In this document: in pieces, positions 9,597 to 19,185 of the stretch
How positions within the stretch are numbered: position 1 is the first letter of the stretch
How the letters are laid out: each line of letters begins with the position of its first letter
Source of the DNA: Paracoccus suum
Lineage (GTDB): Bacteria; Pseudomonadota; Alphaproteobacteria; Rhodobacterales; Rhodobacteraceae
Length of the DNA: 32,000 nt
Assembly (NCBI RefSeq): GCF_003324675.1
Contig: NZ_CP030918.1
Span: 1,590,001-1,622,000, forward strand
Direction: 5' to 3'
The notes under the pieces: generated by a model
The model's database searches: none
What the model was told of the DNA's origin: nothing
What the model saw: only the letters and a program-made list of their open reading frames with translations
Made by a program: the position numbers and the translations under genes

Positions 9597-10512
9597 TCAC
9601 GCCGTCGGCGCGAAGGTCAGGCTGCCGGCCGAGATATGGGCCGAGGCTGCGGCGACCGCGCGGGTCAGCGCGGCCTGGCGGCTGGCGCCGGCCATTTCGG
9701 CGGCGATATGGGCAGCGAGCGCGGTGTCGCCCGCGCCAGTCACATGGGCGATGACACTAACATTGGGCGGGGTTGCGGTCACCGGCGCCTCGCCGCTGGA
9801 GGCCTCGGCCGCTGGGCGCGGGCCATCGGTGACAATTGCCCGGCGCACCCCGCGCGAGAGCAGCGCCTGGACCGCGGCGGCGGCGCTGGGCAGTGTCTCG
9901 CCGCAGATCGCCTCGGCCTCGGCGCGGTTGAGGCACAGGCAGGCATGGGTGCGGCCCAGCAGCGGGCGCAGGCGTGCCGCCTTGGCCGGGCTCGCCGAGG
10001 CGACACGCAGATCGGCGCCGCGCAGCCCCGGCTCGGCCACGACCCGAGCCAGCAATTCGGGCGACAGGTTGCCGTCGATCACCGCCACACCCGCGAAAGG
10101 CCGGCCGGCCGAGGCGAGGCTGCCATCGCGCAAAGGCGTCAGGATGCGCGCGCCGGCGGCCTCGAGCGTCGTGGTATCGGCAATGGCAGCGATCAGGCCC
10201 GAAGGGTCCTCGACCGCGACATAGCTGCCGGTGGCGTGCCCGGGCAGGCGCAGGAGGAAAGTCACCCCGATCCCGTCGGCGCCTAGTGCCTCGCCCAGTT
10301 CCGCGCCGGCGCCGTCATCGCCGACGGCTGACAGCAGCAACGGGCTGATGCCGGCCCGGTTCAGGGCGCGGGCGACATTGACAGCGACACCGCCCGCCCG
10401 GCGGGTGACGGTGCCGGTCAGATCATCGCCCGGCATGACGGTAGCGGCACTGCGGCCGATCAGGTCCCAATGGGCCGCGCCGATACACAAGGCCGAGCAC
10501 GCGAGGCCCTTT

Positions 10513-10520
<8 letters not shown>
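9597..10520 (-). CDS. psuK: PfkB-family carbohydrate kinase, probable pseudouridine kinase
   Basis: The N-terminal '[11 protein letters not shown]' and '[11 protein letters not shown]' and the C-terminal '[14 protein letters not shown]' are PfkB signatures. It lies immediately upstream of psuG. The GTG start at 10520 overlaps the moaA stop by 8 nt. The specific substrate is inferred from context. Confidence 0.75.
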
Positions 10521-11535
<1,015 letters not shown>

Positions 11536-11749
11536 GGGGTCAAGATAAGCCCGGGGCCAGGCAGGCACAAGCGCAGGTGAGCGTGGGGATCGGGGCGAAG
11601 GCCGCTCCGCCTGCGGCGGTGGTTGCTTGGCGCAGTCGGGCGGCTGTTCCGATCGATCGGCGTAATTGCTCGCATCGGTCCAAGGTGGCGTGGACTGACA
11701 GCACGCCAGTCCCTAACCTCGGCTCACGGCCAATTTATCGGAGAATGCG

Positions 11750-12232
11750 ATGCCTCGTCTGAAGATGCTGCCGCCGCTGGCGGCCTGTGCGGCGATCCTG
11801 ACCCTGTCCGCCTGCGATGGAACCGCGCTCGGGGGCGGGGGCTATACAGGCGGCATGAACGGCAAGACGCCGCCCGCCGCGCCGACGACCACGGCCTCCG
11901 TCCAGACGACGGCGACGGCGGGTGCGGGCACGCCGACCCCGGTCGCGCCGGAAAATGGCGCTGCGGCTGCGGCCGCCGGTGCCAAAGGTAGTCTCGGCAA
12001 GACCGTCGCCTCGCTGGGGGCCGCCGGCGAGGGTGGGTTGTGGCTGAAGACGCCGCTGGTCAAGGCCCGCACCAATGGCCGCGTGGTCAATCCCGAGACG
12101 GGCAAGACCGCGCAGGTCGTACTGCTGCCGCTCAGCAGCGGCGGCTCGGGCAGTCAGGCCTCGCTCGGGACCATGCAGGCGCTGGGGGCCGATCTGACTG
12201 ATCTGCCGGAAGTCGAGGTCTTTGCACTGTAA
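11750..12232 (+). CDS. hypothetical lipoprotein with an Ala/Thr/Pro/Gly-rich linker
   Basis: GGAGA SD at 11739-11743. Signal peptide with lipobox 'LTLSAC'. A low-complexity linker is followed by a ~70-aa C-terminal domain ('GLWLKTPLVKARTNGRVVNPETGKTAQVVLLPL..'). No family recognised with confidence. Confidence 0.7.
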   Translation: MPRLKMLPPLAACAAILTLSACDGTALGGGGYTGGMNGKTPPAAPTTTASVQTTATAGAGTPTPVAPENGAAAAAAGAKGSLGKTVASLGAAGEGGLWLKTPLVKARTNGRVVNPETGKTAQVVLLPLSSGGSGSQASLGTMQALGADLTDLPEVEVFAL

Positions 12233-12256
12233 GCCTGCGCGACGCGGGAGGGGGCC

Positions 12257-12655
12257 TCAGTCCTCGTCCGCGTCGTCATCCTCGTCGTCACCCCAGCCGA
12301 AATCGGGGGCCTCGTCGGCGAACAGTTCGGGAAAGCTGGCCTCGGCGCGGGCCATATCTACCCGCAGCAGTTGCTCGTAGCTGGTCGGGTCCAGCTTGCC
12401 GACCGCCTGGACCTCGCGGCCCAGCAGCCAGGAAAGACGGCCAGCGTCGAGGTTGCCACGCTCGAACGGCTCGTCGCCGAAATGTTCGATCAACGCGGCC
12501 AGAAACGCGGTGTCAGCCCGCCGTTCCTGGGCCGAGCGGTCGCGGAACCGCTCACGCGCGATCAGCTTGGTCGCGCCCTTGGGGTTGGCGCGGCGGATCA
12601 CGAATTGCTGGTCGGACGAGGGCAGGCGCCCCGGAAAGCGTCGGTGCTTGAGCAT
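12257..12655 (-). CDS. hypothetical cytoplasmic protein, basic N-terminus and poly-acidic C-terminal tail
   Basis: 132 aa from ATG 12655 (MLKHRRFPGRL..), ending in 'FGWGDDEDDDADED'. Third positions are GC-rich throughout. No signal peptide and no recognised family. Confidence 0.6.
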   Translation of the reverse strand: MLKHRRFPGRLPSSDQQFVIRRANPKGATKLIARERFRDRSAQERRADTAFLAALIEHFGDEPFERGNLDAGRLSWLLGREVQAVGKLDPTSYEQLLRVDMARAEASFPELFADEAPDFGWGDDEDDDADED

Positions 12656-12751
12656 GGCCGGCCTTGGCGGATCGGTGGACAATGGCGCCCGCGAGGAGGC
12701 GCAACGGCGCGCGGGAACCATGACGGTTCCGCGCGCCGGGCGAAAGGGGCC

Positions 12752-12889
12752 TTAGTTGGCGCCGTATTTGCCCTGGAATACGGGCTCGGTGGTGACGGTG
12801 GACGTGGTGGCGACGACCTCGGGCTGGCGCGGCTGGCAGGCGGCGAGAACGCCGAGGATGAGGGCGGCGGCGGCAATGCGCTGGAACAT
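12752..12889 (-). CDS. small (45-aa) lipoprotein
   Basis: ATG 12889 is preceded by a strong AGGAGA SD. 'MFQRIAAAALILGVLAACQP..' is a signal peptide with lipobox 'VLAAC'. The upstream part of the 89-aa track ORF has no SD and reads as non-coding. Confidence 0.55.
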   Translation of the reverse strand: MFQRIAAAALILGVLAACQPRQPEVVATTSTVTTEPVFQGKYGAN

Positions 12890-13073
12890 GAACTTTTTCT
12901 CCTGTTGGGCGGGGTTCGTGCGCCCCGGCTGCTCGATCTGCCACGGCGACATGCCCCGGCTGTGACAGTCTATGGGCCGCGGCGGGGTGCCGACAGTCAG
13001 GGGCCGCCGGGAAAGCCCCATGCGGACGGTCCCTGTGGCCGGCCTGCATCAGGCAACACGCGAATTAGAGCGG

Positions 13074-13799
13074 TCAAAAACCCTGCCAGATGCAGCTCTT
13101 ACGGTCCGGCGCGATGGCGAAGGCCTCGAACAGCTGGATCGCCTGCAGGTCGGCTTCGCCAAAGGTCGTCGGACGGTCGGCGAGGCTGATGACCACCTGT
13201 CCGGGCAGCGGTTTCGCCGGATCGAGGCGCGGCAGGACCCAGTTGTCGCACAGCCAGACGATGTCGCCATGTACCGGGTCCTGCAGCAGCAGATCGGGAT
13301 CGGGCGGCAGGGCGCCGGGCTGGTCCGCGTCCGCCTCGGCCCCTTCGGCGAAATCCTCGGGGCGGAAATCGGGCAGGTCGAGGTCCTCGGGGTCGACCAG
13401 TTCGGCCTCACCCAGTTCGCCCACCTCTGTGCCCGACCCGCCGTCGATCGGGGCCATGTCCATCATCTGGCCCGGCGTCGCGGGGGCGCTGCCCAGCCCG
13501 TCCAGCTCCGCCATGTCTTCCTCGGTCAGTTCCTCTCCGGCCGGGCCGTCGGTGGCGGGGACCAGCTTTGCGAGGTCGGGCATGACAAAGCGGTAGCGAT
13601 AGGTCAGCCCCGCCGGTCCCGGCACGTCGTTGACGGTATCGAGCCACCTCGCCTTGTGCCCGGAAGGGACCGAGATTTCCTCGGAGGTGGTCGGCAGCGG
13701 TGCCTGCGCCGCCGCGGACTGTGCGCCCAACAGCGCCACCGTCAGCGCCAAACCGGCGGCAGCGGGGCAGTGCAGGGCAGGTGTCGGCTTGTAAGGCAA
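13074..13799 (-). CDS. secreted hypothetical protein with a highly acidic central region (possibly the DUF6497 family)
   Basis: 241 aa with a predicted signal peptide '..AGLALTVALLGAQSAAAQA'. The central Asp/Glu/Gly/Pro-rich stretch is flanked by better-conserved-looking ends ('LTYRYRFVMPDL', 'GDIVWLCDNWVLPRL'). The start is TTG with no clear SD, so the 5' end is uncertain. The family name is from memory only. Confidence 0.6.
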   Translation of the reverse strand: MPYKPTPALHCPAAAGLALTVALLGAQSAAAQAPLPTTSEEISVPSGHKARWLDTVNDVPGPAGLTYRYRFVMPDLAKLVPATDGPAGEELTEEDMAELDGLGSAPATPGQMMDMAPIDGGSGTEVGELGEAELVDPEDLDLPDFRPEDFAEGAEADADQPGALPPDPDLLLQDPVHGDIVWLCDNWVLPRLDPAKPLPGQVVISLADRPTTFGEADLQAIQLFEAFAIAPDRKSCIWQGF

Positions 13800-13981
13800 G
13801 GCGGGTCAAGCTTTTGGTCAAGCGCGGCAGGCACCCGAAGGGTGATCCCTTGTCGGCCCGGACGCCGCCGGGTGCAACCCGCTGCGCCGCCGCCTCGTCA
13901 CAGTGTGATCGCATGTCAACACTGGCGGCGGCCCGACTGGCGGGTCTTGACCCGCGCCCGCCGCGGGGCCAACAGACGCGC

Positions 13982-15010
13982 ATGGGATTGACGATCGACC
14001 TTTCGGCCATCGCGGCCAACTGGCAGGCCCTGGCGGCAAAGGCCGGGCCTGGCACGCGCACCGGCGCGGTGGTCAAGGCCGACGCCTATGGCCTCGGCGC
14101 CGCCCGCGCGGTGCCCGCGCTGCAGGCCGCCGGCGCGCAGGATTTCTTTGTCTATGGCGCGCACGAGGGGCAGGCGATTCGCCCCGTGCTTGGCACAGGG
14201 GCGCGCATCTTCGTGCTGGAGGGGCATGTCCCCGGCGCGCCGATGGAGGGGCTGATCCCCTGTCTCGCCAGCCCCGAGCAGTTTTTCCGAGACCGCAGCA
14301 CGCGGCCGAGCGGCCAGTTTGCGGTCCAGATCGACACCGGCATGAACCGGGTCGGCTTTGCGCCCGCCGCCTGGGCCGATCTGCGGGCCGAGGTTCTGGC
14401 CGCCGGGCCGGTCCTGCTGATGTCGCACCTCTATTCGGCGGATGTGCCGGAGGATCCGACCAATGCCCGTCAACTGGCGCTGTTCCGCGAACTGACCGAC
14501 GGCACCGGGGTGCCACGCTCGCTCGCCGCGACGGGGGGCGTGCTGCTGGGGCACGAGTACCATTTTGACCTGACCCGGCCGGGGGTGGGCCTTTTCGGCG
14601 GCCTGCCCTTTGCCGATGCCATGCCGGTCGTCACGCTCGATTTGCCGGTCATCCAGACCCGATGGATCGAGCCGGGCGAGACTGTCGGCTATGGTGGGGC
14701 GTGGACTGCCGCGCGGCGAACCCGAATCGCCACCGTCTCGGGCGGATATGCCGACGGCATCCCGCGCGCGGCGGCGGGACGGGGGCTGAAGCTGTGGGCG
14801 GGCGAGACGGCGGTGCCCGTGGTCGGGCGCATCTCGATGGACACGATCACCTGCGATGTCACCGACCTGGCCGATGTGCCGGCCGAACTGAGCCTGATCG
14901 GTCCCGCCGAGCCAATCGACGCCTATGCCGCGGTCTTTGGCAGCATCGGATATGAGGCGCTGACCGCCCTCGGCCGCCGTTACGCGCGGCGGTATGTGGA
15001 CAATGCCTGA
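13982..15010 (+). CDS. alr: alanine racemase
   Basis: 'LTIDLSAIAANWQAL' and 'AVVKADAYGLGA' (the PLP-lysine motif VVKAxAYGHG). C-terminal 'GRISMDTITCDVT' and 'IGYEALTALGRRYARRY'. ATG 13982 fits typical Alr N-termini. ATG 13913 is an in-frame alternative. Confidence 0.88.
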   Translation: MGLTIDLSAIAANWQALAAKAGPGTRTGAVVKADAYGLGAARAVPALQAAGAQDFFVYGAHEGQAIRPVLGTGARIFVLEGHVPGAPMEGLIPCLASPEQFFRDRSTRPSGQFAVQIDTGMNRVGFAPAAWADLRAEVLAAGPVLLMSHLYSADVPEDPTNARQLALFRELTDGTGVPRSLAATGGVLLGHEYHFDLTRPGVGLFGGLPFADAMPVVTLDLPVIQTRWIEPGETVGYGGAWTAARRTRIATVSGGYADGIPRAAAGRGLKLWAGETAVPVVGRISMDTITCDVTDLADVPAELSLIGPAEPIDAYAAVFGSIGYEALTALGRRYARRYVDNA

Positions 15011-15782
15011 CGCCGCGACGGCCACGCTGCGCAGCATCGGCCGTCCCACCCTGCGCCTGCTGCGCGGGATCGGCGCGGCGGCCCTCTTCGCATGGCGCGG
15101 GCTGGCCGGCCTTTCCCCCTTTCCGGGACGCGCGATTGCCGTTCAACTGCTTCAGGTTGGCTGGCTGTCGCTGCCGGTCGTCGGGCTGACCGCGCTGTTT
15201 ACGGGGGCGGCCCTCGCGCTGCAGATCCACGCCGGGGGCGAGCGATTCCAGGCCGGCGACGTGGTCCCGGCGATCGTCGCCATCGGCATGGCGCGCGAGT
15301 TGGGGCCCGTCCTCGGCGGGTTGATGGTCGCCGCCCGCGTCGCCTCAGCCATCGCGGCCGAGATCGGCACCATGCGCGTGACCGAGCAGATTGACGCACT
15401 CGTCACGCTGTCGGCCGACCCGGTCCGCTGGCTGGTGACGCCCCGCCTGTGGGCGGCGGTGCTGACGGTGCCGGTGCTGGTCGGCGTTGGCGATACCGTC
15501 GGCATCATGGGGGGCTGGCTCGTTGGGACGCAGACCTTGGGTTTCCCCTCGGCCACATGGCTGCGCGTCAGCTGGCAGTATCTCGAGGGCTGGGACGTCG
15601 CCTCGGGCCTGATCAAGGGCGCGGTCTTCGGGTTGATCGTGGCGCTGTCAGGCTGCTGGTTCGGGATGCGCGCCGGGCGCGGTGCCGCGGGCGTCGGACG
15701 GGCCACTACATCGGCCGTCGTTGTCGCATCGGTCGGCATCCTCGCGGCCAACTTCCTGATGACCGGGCTGTTCTTCTCATGA
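14994..15782 (+). CDS. mlaE: MlaE-family ABC transporter permease
   Basis: Multi-pass membrane protein. 'ELGPVLGGLMVAARVASAIAAEIGTMRVTEQIDAL' is the conserved MlaE/TtG2B core. It overlaps the alr 3' end (ATG 14994, or ATG 15003 in the same frame). Its stop overlaps the mlaF start. Confidence 0.85.
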   Translation: MWTMPDAATATLRSIGRPTLRLLRGIGAAALFAWRGLAGLSPFPGRAIAVQLLQVGWLSLPVVGLTALFTGAALALQIHAGGERFQAGDVVPAIVAIGMARELGPVLGGLMVAARVASAIAAEIGTMRVTEQIDALVTLSADPVRWLVTPRLWAAVLTVPVLVGVGDTVGIMGGWLVGTQTLGFPSATWLRVSWQYLEGWDVASGLIKGAVFGLIVALSGCWFGMRAGRGAAGVGRATTSAVVVASVGILAANFLMTGLFFS

Positions 15783-16537
15783 GCGACGCGCCGCTCCTCG
15801 AAGTGCGCGGCCTGACCAAGGGCTTCGGCCCCAAGGCGGTGCTGCGCGGTGTCGATCTGACGCTGGCCAAGGGTGAAAGCCTGGTGGTCATCGGCGGTTC
15901 GGGGACCGGCAAGTCGGTGCTGCTTCGCTGCATCCTGGGGCTGGATACGCCGGACAGCGGCGATGTGCTGTGGCACGGCCGGCCGCTGTCGGGCGCGGCG
16001 CGGGCGCAGTTCATGGACCGCTTTGGCATGTTGTTTCAGGGCGGCGCGCTGTTCGACAGCCTGAACGTCTGGCAGAACGTCGCCTTTCGCCTGACCCAGC
16101 CGATGGGCGCCCGCGCCGCGCGCGAGGTCGCGGTCGAGCGGCTGGCACGCGTCGGCCTGGGCCCCGAGGTGGCGGACCTTTACCCGGCCGATCTGTCGGG
16201 CGGAATGCTCAAGCGGGTGGCCCTGGCGCGCGCCATCGCGGCCAGCCCCGAGGTGATCTTCTTTGACGAGCCGACGACCGGCCTCGATCCGCTCCGGGCG
16301 GCACGAATCACGGCGCTGATCCGCGGCATCGTCAGCGATACCGGCGCCAGCGCCATCAGCATCACCCATGACATGGCCTCGGCTCAGGTCATGGCCGACC
16401 GGGTGGCGCTGCTGCAGGACGGCCGCATTGTCTGGACCGGCCGCCCGGCCGAGATGCAGGCCGCGGCGACTCAGGTGCCGGCCCTGGCCGCGTTCCTCGA
16501 CCCGGTTGCGGCCCTGGCCGCAACGCCGGGGCACTGA
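15779..16537 (+). CDS. mlaF: MlaF-like ABC transporter ATP-binding protein
   Basis: Walker A 'GGSGTGKS', signature 'LSGGMLKRVALARA', Walker B 'VIFFDEPTTGLD' and an H-loop 'ITHD'. ATGA overlap with mlaE at 15779-15782. Confidence 0.9.
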   Translation: MSDAPLLEVRGLTKGFGPKAVLRGVDLTLAKGESLVVIGGSGTGKSVLLRCILGLDTPDSGDVLWHGRPLSGAARAQFMDRFGMLFQGGALFDSLNVWQNVAFRLTQPMGARAAREVAVERLARVGLGPEVADLYPADLSGGMLKRVALARAIAASPEVIFFDEPTTGLDPLRAARITALIRGIVSDTGASAISITHDMASAQVMADRVALLQDGRIVWTGRPAEMQAAATQVPALAAFLDPVAALAATPGH

Positions 16538-16576
16538 GGGCTGGGCGCCCTTGCGTTGACGCAGCCGGACTGCAAG

Positions 16577-16606
16577 CATGGGCCCATGCCCCTCCGCCCG
16601 GAGGGG
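16577..16606 (+). terminator. two adjacent GC-rich hairpins downstream of mlaF; candidate intrinsic terminator lacking a U-tract
   Basis: Perfect 14-nt palindrome GCATGGGCCCATGC at 16577-16590. It is followed by stem CCCCTCC (16589-16595), loop GCCC and stem GGAGGGG (16600-16606). The element sits 40-70 nt after the mlaF stop and before the phoH SD. Confidence 0.3.
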
Positions 16607-16629
16607 GCAACACTGACACGGAGCGCCCC

Positions 16630-17715
16630 TTGGGCTTGACCCCAGCCGCCGCCGGCCCGCGCGACACTGCCGCAACGACCGAGACCCTGATCGAATTTCC
16701 CGACAACCGCCTGCTGATAGAGCTGTGCGGCCCCCACGACCGCAACCTGGCGCGGATCGAGGCGGCGACCGGCACCCATGTCCTTCGCCGCGGCAACCTG
16801 CTGGCCGTGGTCGGGCCGGCCGATGCCCAATCCGATGCCGCTTCCGTCTTGAACGGCCTTTATGCCCGGCTCGAGCAAGGGCGCCCCGTCGAGATGGGCG
16901 ATGTCGATGCTGCGCTGCGCATGGGCGCCGAGGGAGAGGCGCAGCCCAGCCCAACCGAGCAGCTGGAAATGTTCTCGCACGGCAAGATCGAGCTTCGCAC
17001 CCGCAAGAAGACGGTCGAGCCGCGCACGGAGGCGCAAAAGGACTATGTCCGCTCGCTGTTCGCGAACGAGCTGGCCTTTGGCATCGGCCCGGCAGGCACC
17101 GGCAAGACCTATCTGGCCGTGGCCGTCGGCGTGACCATGCTGATCGGCGGACATGTGGACAAGATCATCCTGTCGCGGCCGGCCGTCGAGGCGGGCGAGC
17201 GGCTGGGTTTTCTGCCCGGCGACATGAAGGAAAAAGTCGATCCCTACATGCAGCCGCTCTATGATGCGCTGAACGATTTCCTGCCGGCCAAGCAGATGCA
17301 GAAGCTGATGGAGGAAAAGCGGATCGAGATCGCCCCCCTGGCCTTCATGCGCGGCCGCACCCTGTCCGGCGCCTTCGTTGTGCTGGACGAGGCTCAGAAC
17401 GCCACCACCATGCAGATGAAGATGTTCCTGACCCGCCTTGGCGAGGGCTCGCGCATGGTCATCACCGGCGACCGCACGCAGGTCGACCTGCCGCGCGGCG
17501 TGGCCTCGGGGCTGCAGGATGCCGAGCGGATTTTGAAAGGCGTGGCGGGCATCAGCTTCAACTATTTCACCGCCAAGGATGTCGTGCGCCACCCGCTGGT
17601 CGCCCGCGTCATCGAGGCGTGGGAAGTTGACGACGCCGCAATGCTGGCCGCCGGGCAGCAGGCCGATCCAGCGGCGGCGCGGCGCGGCGACTGGCGCGAG
17701 CGCGGCCGTGGCTGA
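16630..17715 (+). CDS. phoH: PhoH-family ATPase (YbeZ-like)
   Basis: 'FGIGPAGTGKTYLAVA' (Walker A), 'IILSRPAVEAGERLGFLPGD', 'VVLDEAQN' and 'MVITGDRTQVDLP'. The TTG start at 16630 has GGAG 6 nt upstream. There is no in-frame ATG upstream of the conserved region. Confidence 0.88.
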   Translation: MGLTPAAAGPRDTAATTETLIEFPDNRLLIELCGPHDRNLARIEAATGTHVLRRGNLLAVVGPADAQSDAASVLNGLYARLEQGRPVEMGDVDAALRMGAEGEAQPSPTEQLEMFSHGKIELRTRKKTVEPRTEAQKDYVRSLFANELAFGIGPAGTGKTYLAVAVGVTMLIGGHVDKIILSRPAVEAGERLGFLPGDMKEKVDPYMQPLYDALNDFLPAKQMQKLMEEKRIEIAPLAFMRGRTLSGAFVVLDEAQNATTMQMKMFLTRLGEGSRMVITGDRTQVDLPRGVASGLQDAERILKGVAGISFNYFTAKDVVRHPLVARVIEAWEVDDAAMLAAGQQADPAAARRGDWRERGRG

Positions 17716-18229
17716 TACCGGCCCCGAGGCTGACGAAGCCGGCGCAGACGTCGTCATCGAGGACGAACGCTGGGAGGATGCCGGCCTTGAGCGGCTGGCG
17801 CTGATTGCCGTGACAGCAGCCCTCGACTGGCTGGATCGGCGCGAGTCCAGCGTTGTCGTCCTCGGTTGCGACGATGCCCGCATCGCCGGGCTGAACGCCG
17901 ATTTCTGCGGCAAGCCCCGGCCGACCAATGTGCTTAGCTGGCCGGCGGTGGAACACGCCCCCCGCGCACCCGGCGCGCAGCCGCAGGTGCCCGAGGTCGA
18001 TGAACTGGGCGACATCGCCCTCGCCTTTGAGACCTGCGCCGCTGAGGCCGCGGGCCAGAACAAGACCTTTCCCGACCATGTGACGCACCTGATCGTCCAT
18101 GCGGTGCTGCACCTGGCCGGCTACGATCATATCAACGAGGCTGACGCGGAAACCATGGAGGCGGCAGAGCGTTCAATCCTCGGCCGGCTCGGTATCGCCG
18201 ATCCTTATCTCGACCACGGAACCGCATGA
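17708..18229 (+). CDS. ybeY: rRNA maturation endoribonuclease YbeY
   Basis: 'HLIVHAVLHLAGYDH' is the YbeY zinc-binding HxxxHxxxxxH motif, together with 'TNVLSWP'. The GTG start at 17708 overlaps the phoH stop. The upstream part of the track ORF is out-of-frame phoH. Confidence 0.88.
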   Translation: MADTGPEADEAGADVVIEDERWEDAGLERLALIAVTAALDWLDRRESSVVVLGCDDARIAGLNADFCGKPRPTNVLSWPAVEHAPRAPGAQPQVPEVDELGDIALAFETCAAEAAGQNKTFPDHVTHLIVHAVLHLAGYDHINEADAETMEAAERSILGRLGIADPYLDHGTA

Positions 18230-19185
18230 GCGACGATCGCCCCAGTCCCGCCGCTGCCCGCGAAGGCAGCATGTCCTATTCGGAAAGTCCGACAGACGAC
18301 CCCGCCTCTAGTGGCGAAGAGGGCCGCGAAGTCCCGTCTTCGCGCGGGTTCCTCGGCCGGCTCCTCGGCGCGTTCAGTGGCGATGTCGCCGACGAGACCG
18401 CGCCAGACGACATCGCACCTGGCAGTGGCGCGACCGCACCCGGCATCCAGAACCTCCTGCGCTTGCGCGTCGATGACGTCGCCGTGCCTAAAAGCGACAT
18501 CGTCGCGGCCTCCGTTGAATCGGCGCTGGACGACATTCTGCAAATGTTCCGTGATCACGGCTTCTCGCGCCTGCCGGTCTATCGCGGCACGCTCGACACG
18601 CCGCTGGGCCTGATCCACATGAAGGACCTGGCGCTGAAATACGGTTTTGGCGCCGAGGCGGAATCGCCGTTCGAGATGCGGCCGATGCTGCGACCGCTGC
18701 TCTATGTGCCGCCGTCCATGCCGATCGGCGTACTGCTGCAGCAGATGCAGCAAAAGCGCATCCACATGGCCTTGGTCATCGACGAATATGGCGGCGTTGA
18801 CGGGCTGATCACGCTGGAGGACCTCGTCGAGCAAGTCATCGGCGAGATCGAGGACGAGCATGACGAGCTGGAAACCGGCCATTGGGTGGTCGAACGTCCC
18901 GGCCAGTGGCTGGTCGATGCCCGGGCCGATCTGCACGAGATCGAGGCCGCCACCGGCCTGCGCCTCGCCATCGACGAGGGCGACGAAGAGGTCGACACCC
19001 TGGGCGGGCTGATCGGCCTGATCGCCGGCCGGGTGCCCGCGCCGGGCGAGGTCGTCACCCATCCGGGTGGTGCACGATTCGAGATTGTCGAGGGTGACCC
19101 CCGCCGGCTCAAGCGCCTGCGCCTGCGCTTTCCGGGCACCCCGGACACGCCGCGCCGGCCGATTGCCTCACCCGCGCCCGAATGA
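18226..19185 (+). CDS. corC: CBS-pair / CorC_HlyC-domain protein (CorC/YbeX family, 'hemolysin C-like')
   Basis: ATGA overlap with ybeY. CBS-domain region ('VDDVAVPKSDIVA..', 'FSRLPVY') followed by 'MALVIDEYGGVDGLITLEDLVEQVIGEIEDEHD', the family signature. Conserved phoH-ybeY-corC order. Confidence 0.88.
   Translation: MSDDRPSPAAAREGSMSYSESPTDDPASSGEEGREVPSSRGFLGRLLGAFSGDVADETAPDDIAPGSGATAPGIQNLLRLRVDDVAVPKSDIVAASVESALDDILQMFRDHGFSRLPVYRGTLDTPLGLIHMKDLALKYGFGAEAESPFEMRPMLRPLLYVPPSMPIGVLLQQMQQKRIHMALVIDEYGGVDGLITLEDLVEQVIGEIEDEHDELETGHWVVERPGQWLVDARADLHEIEAATGLRLAIDEGDEEVDTLGGLIGLIAGRVPAPGEVVTHPGGARFEIVEGDPRRLKRLRLRFPGTPDTPRRPIASPAPE

Noticed and set aside
11536-11749. Possible Moco riboswitch or other structured leader in the 214-nt divergent region upstream of moaA. 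It contains competing GGCGTG/CACGCC and GGACTG/CAGTCC stems around 11687-11712.
   Set aside because: I cannot match the sequence to the Moco RNA motif from memory, and short GC stems arise by chance at this base composition. cmscan with the Moco model would decide it. There is no positive evidence at present.
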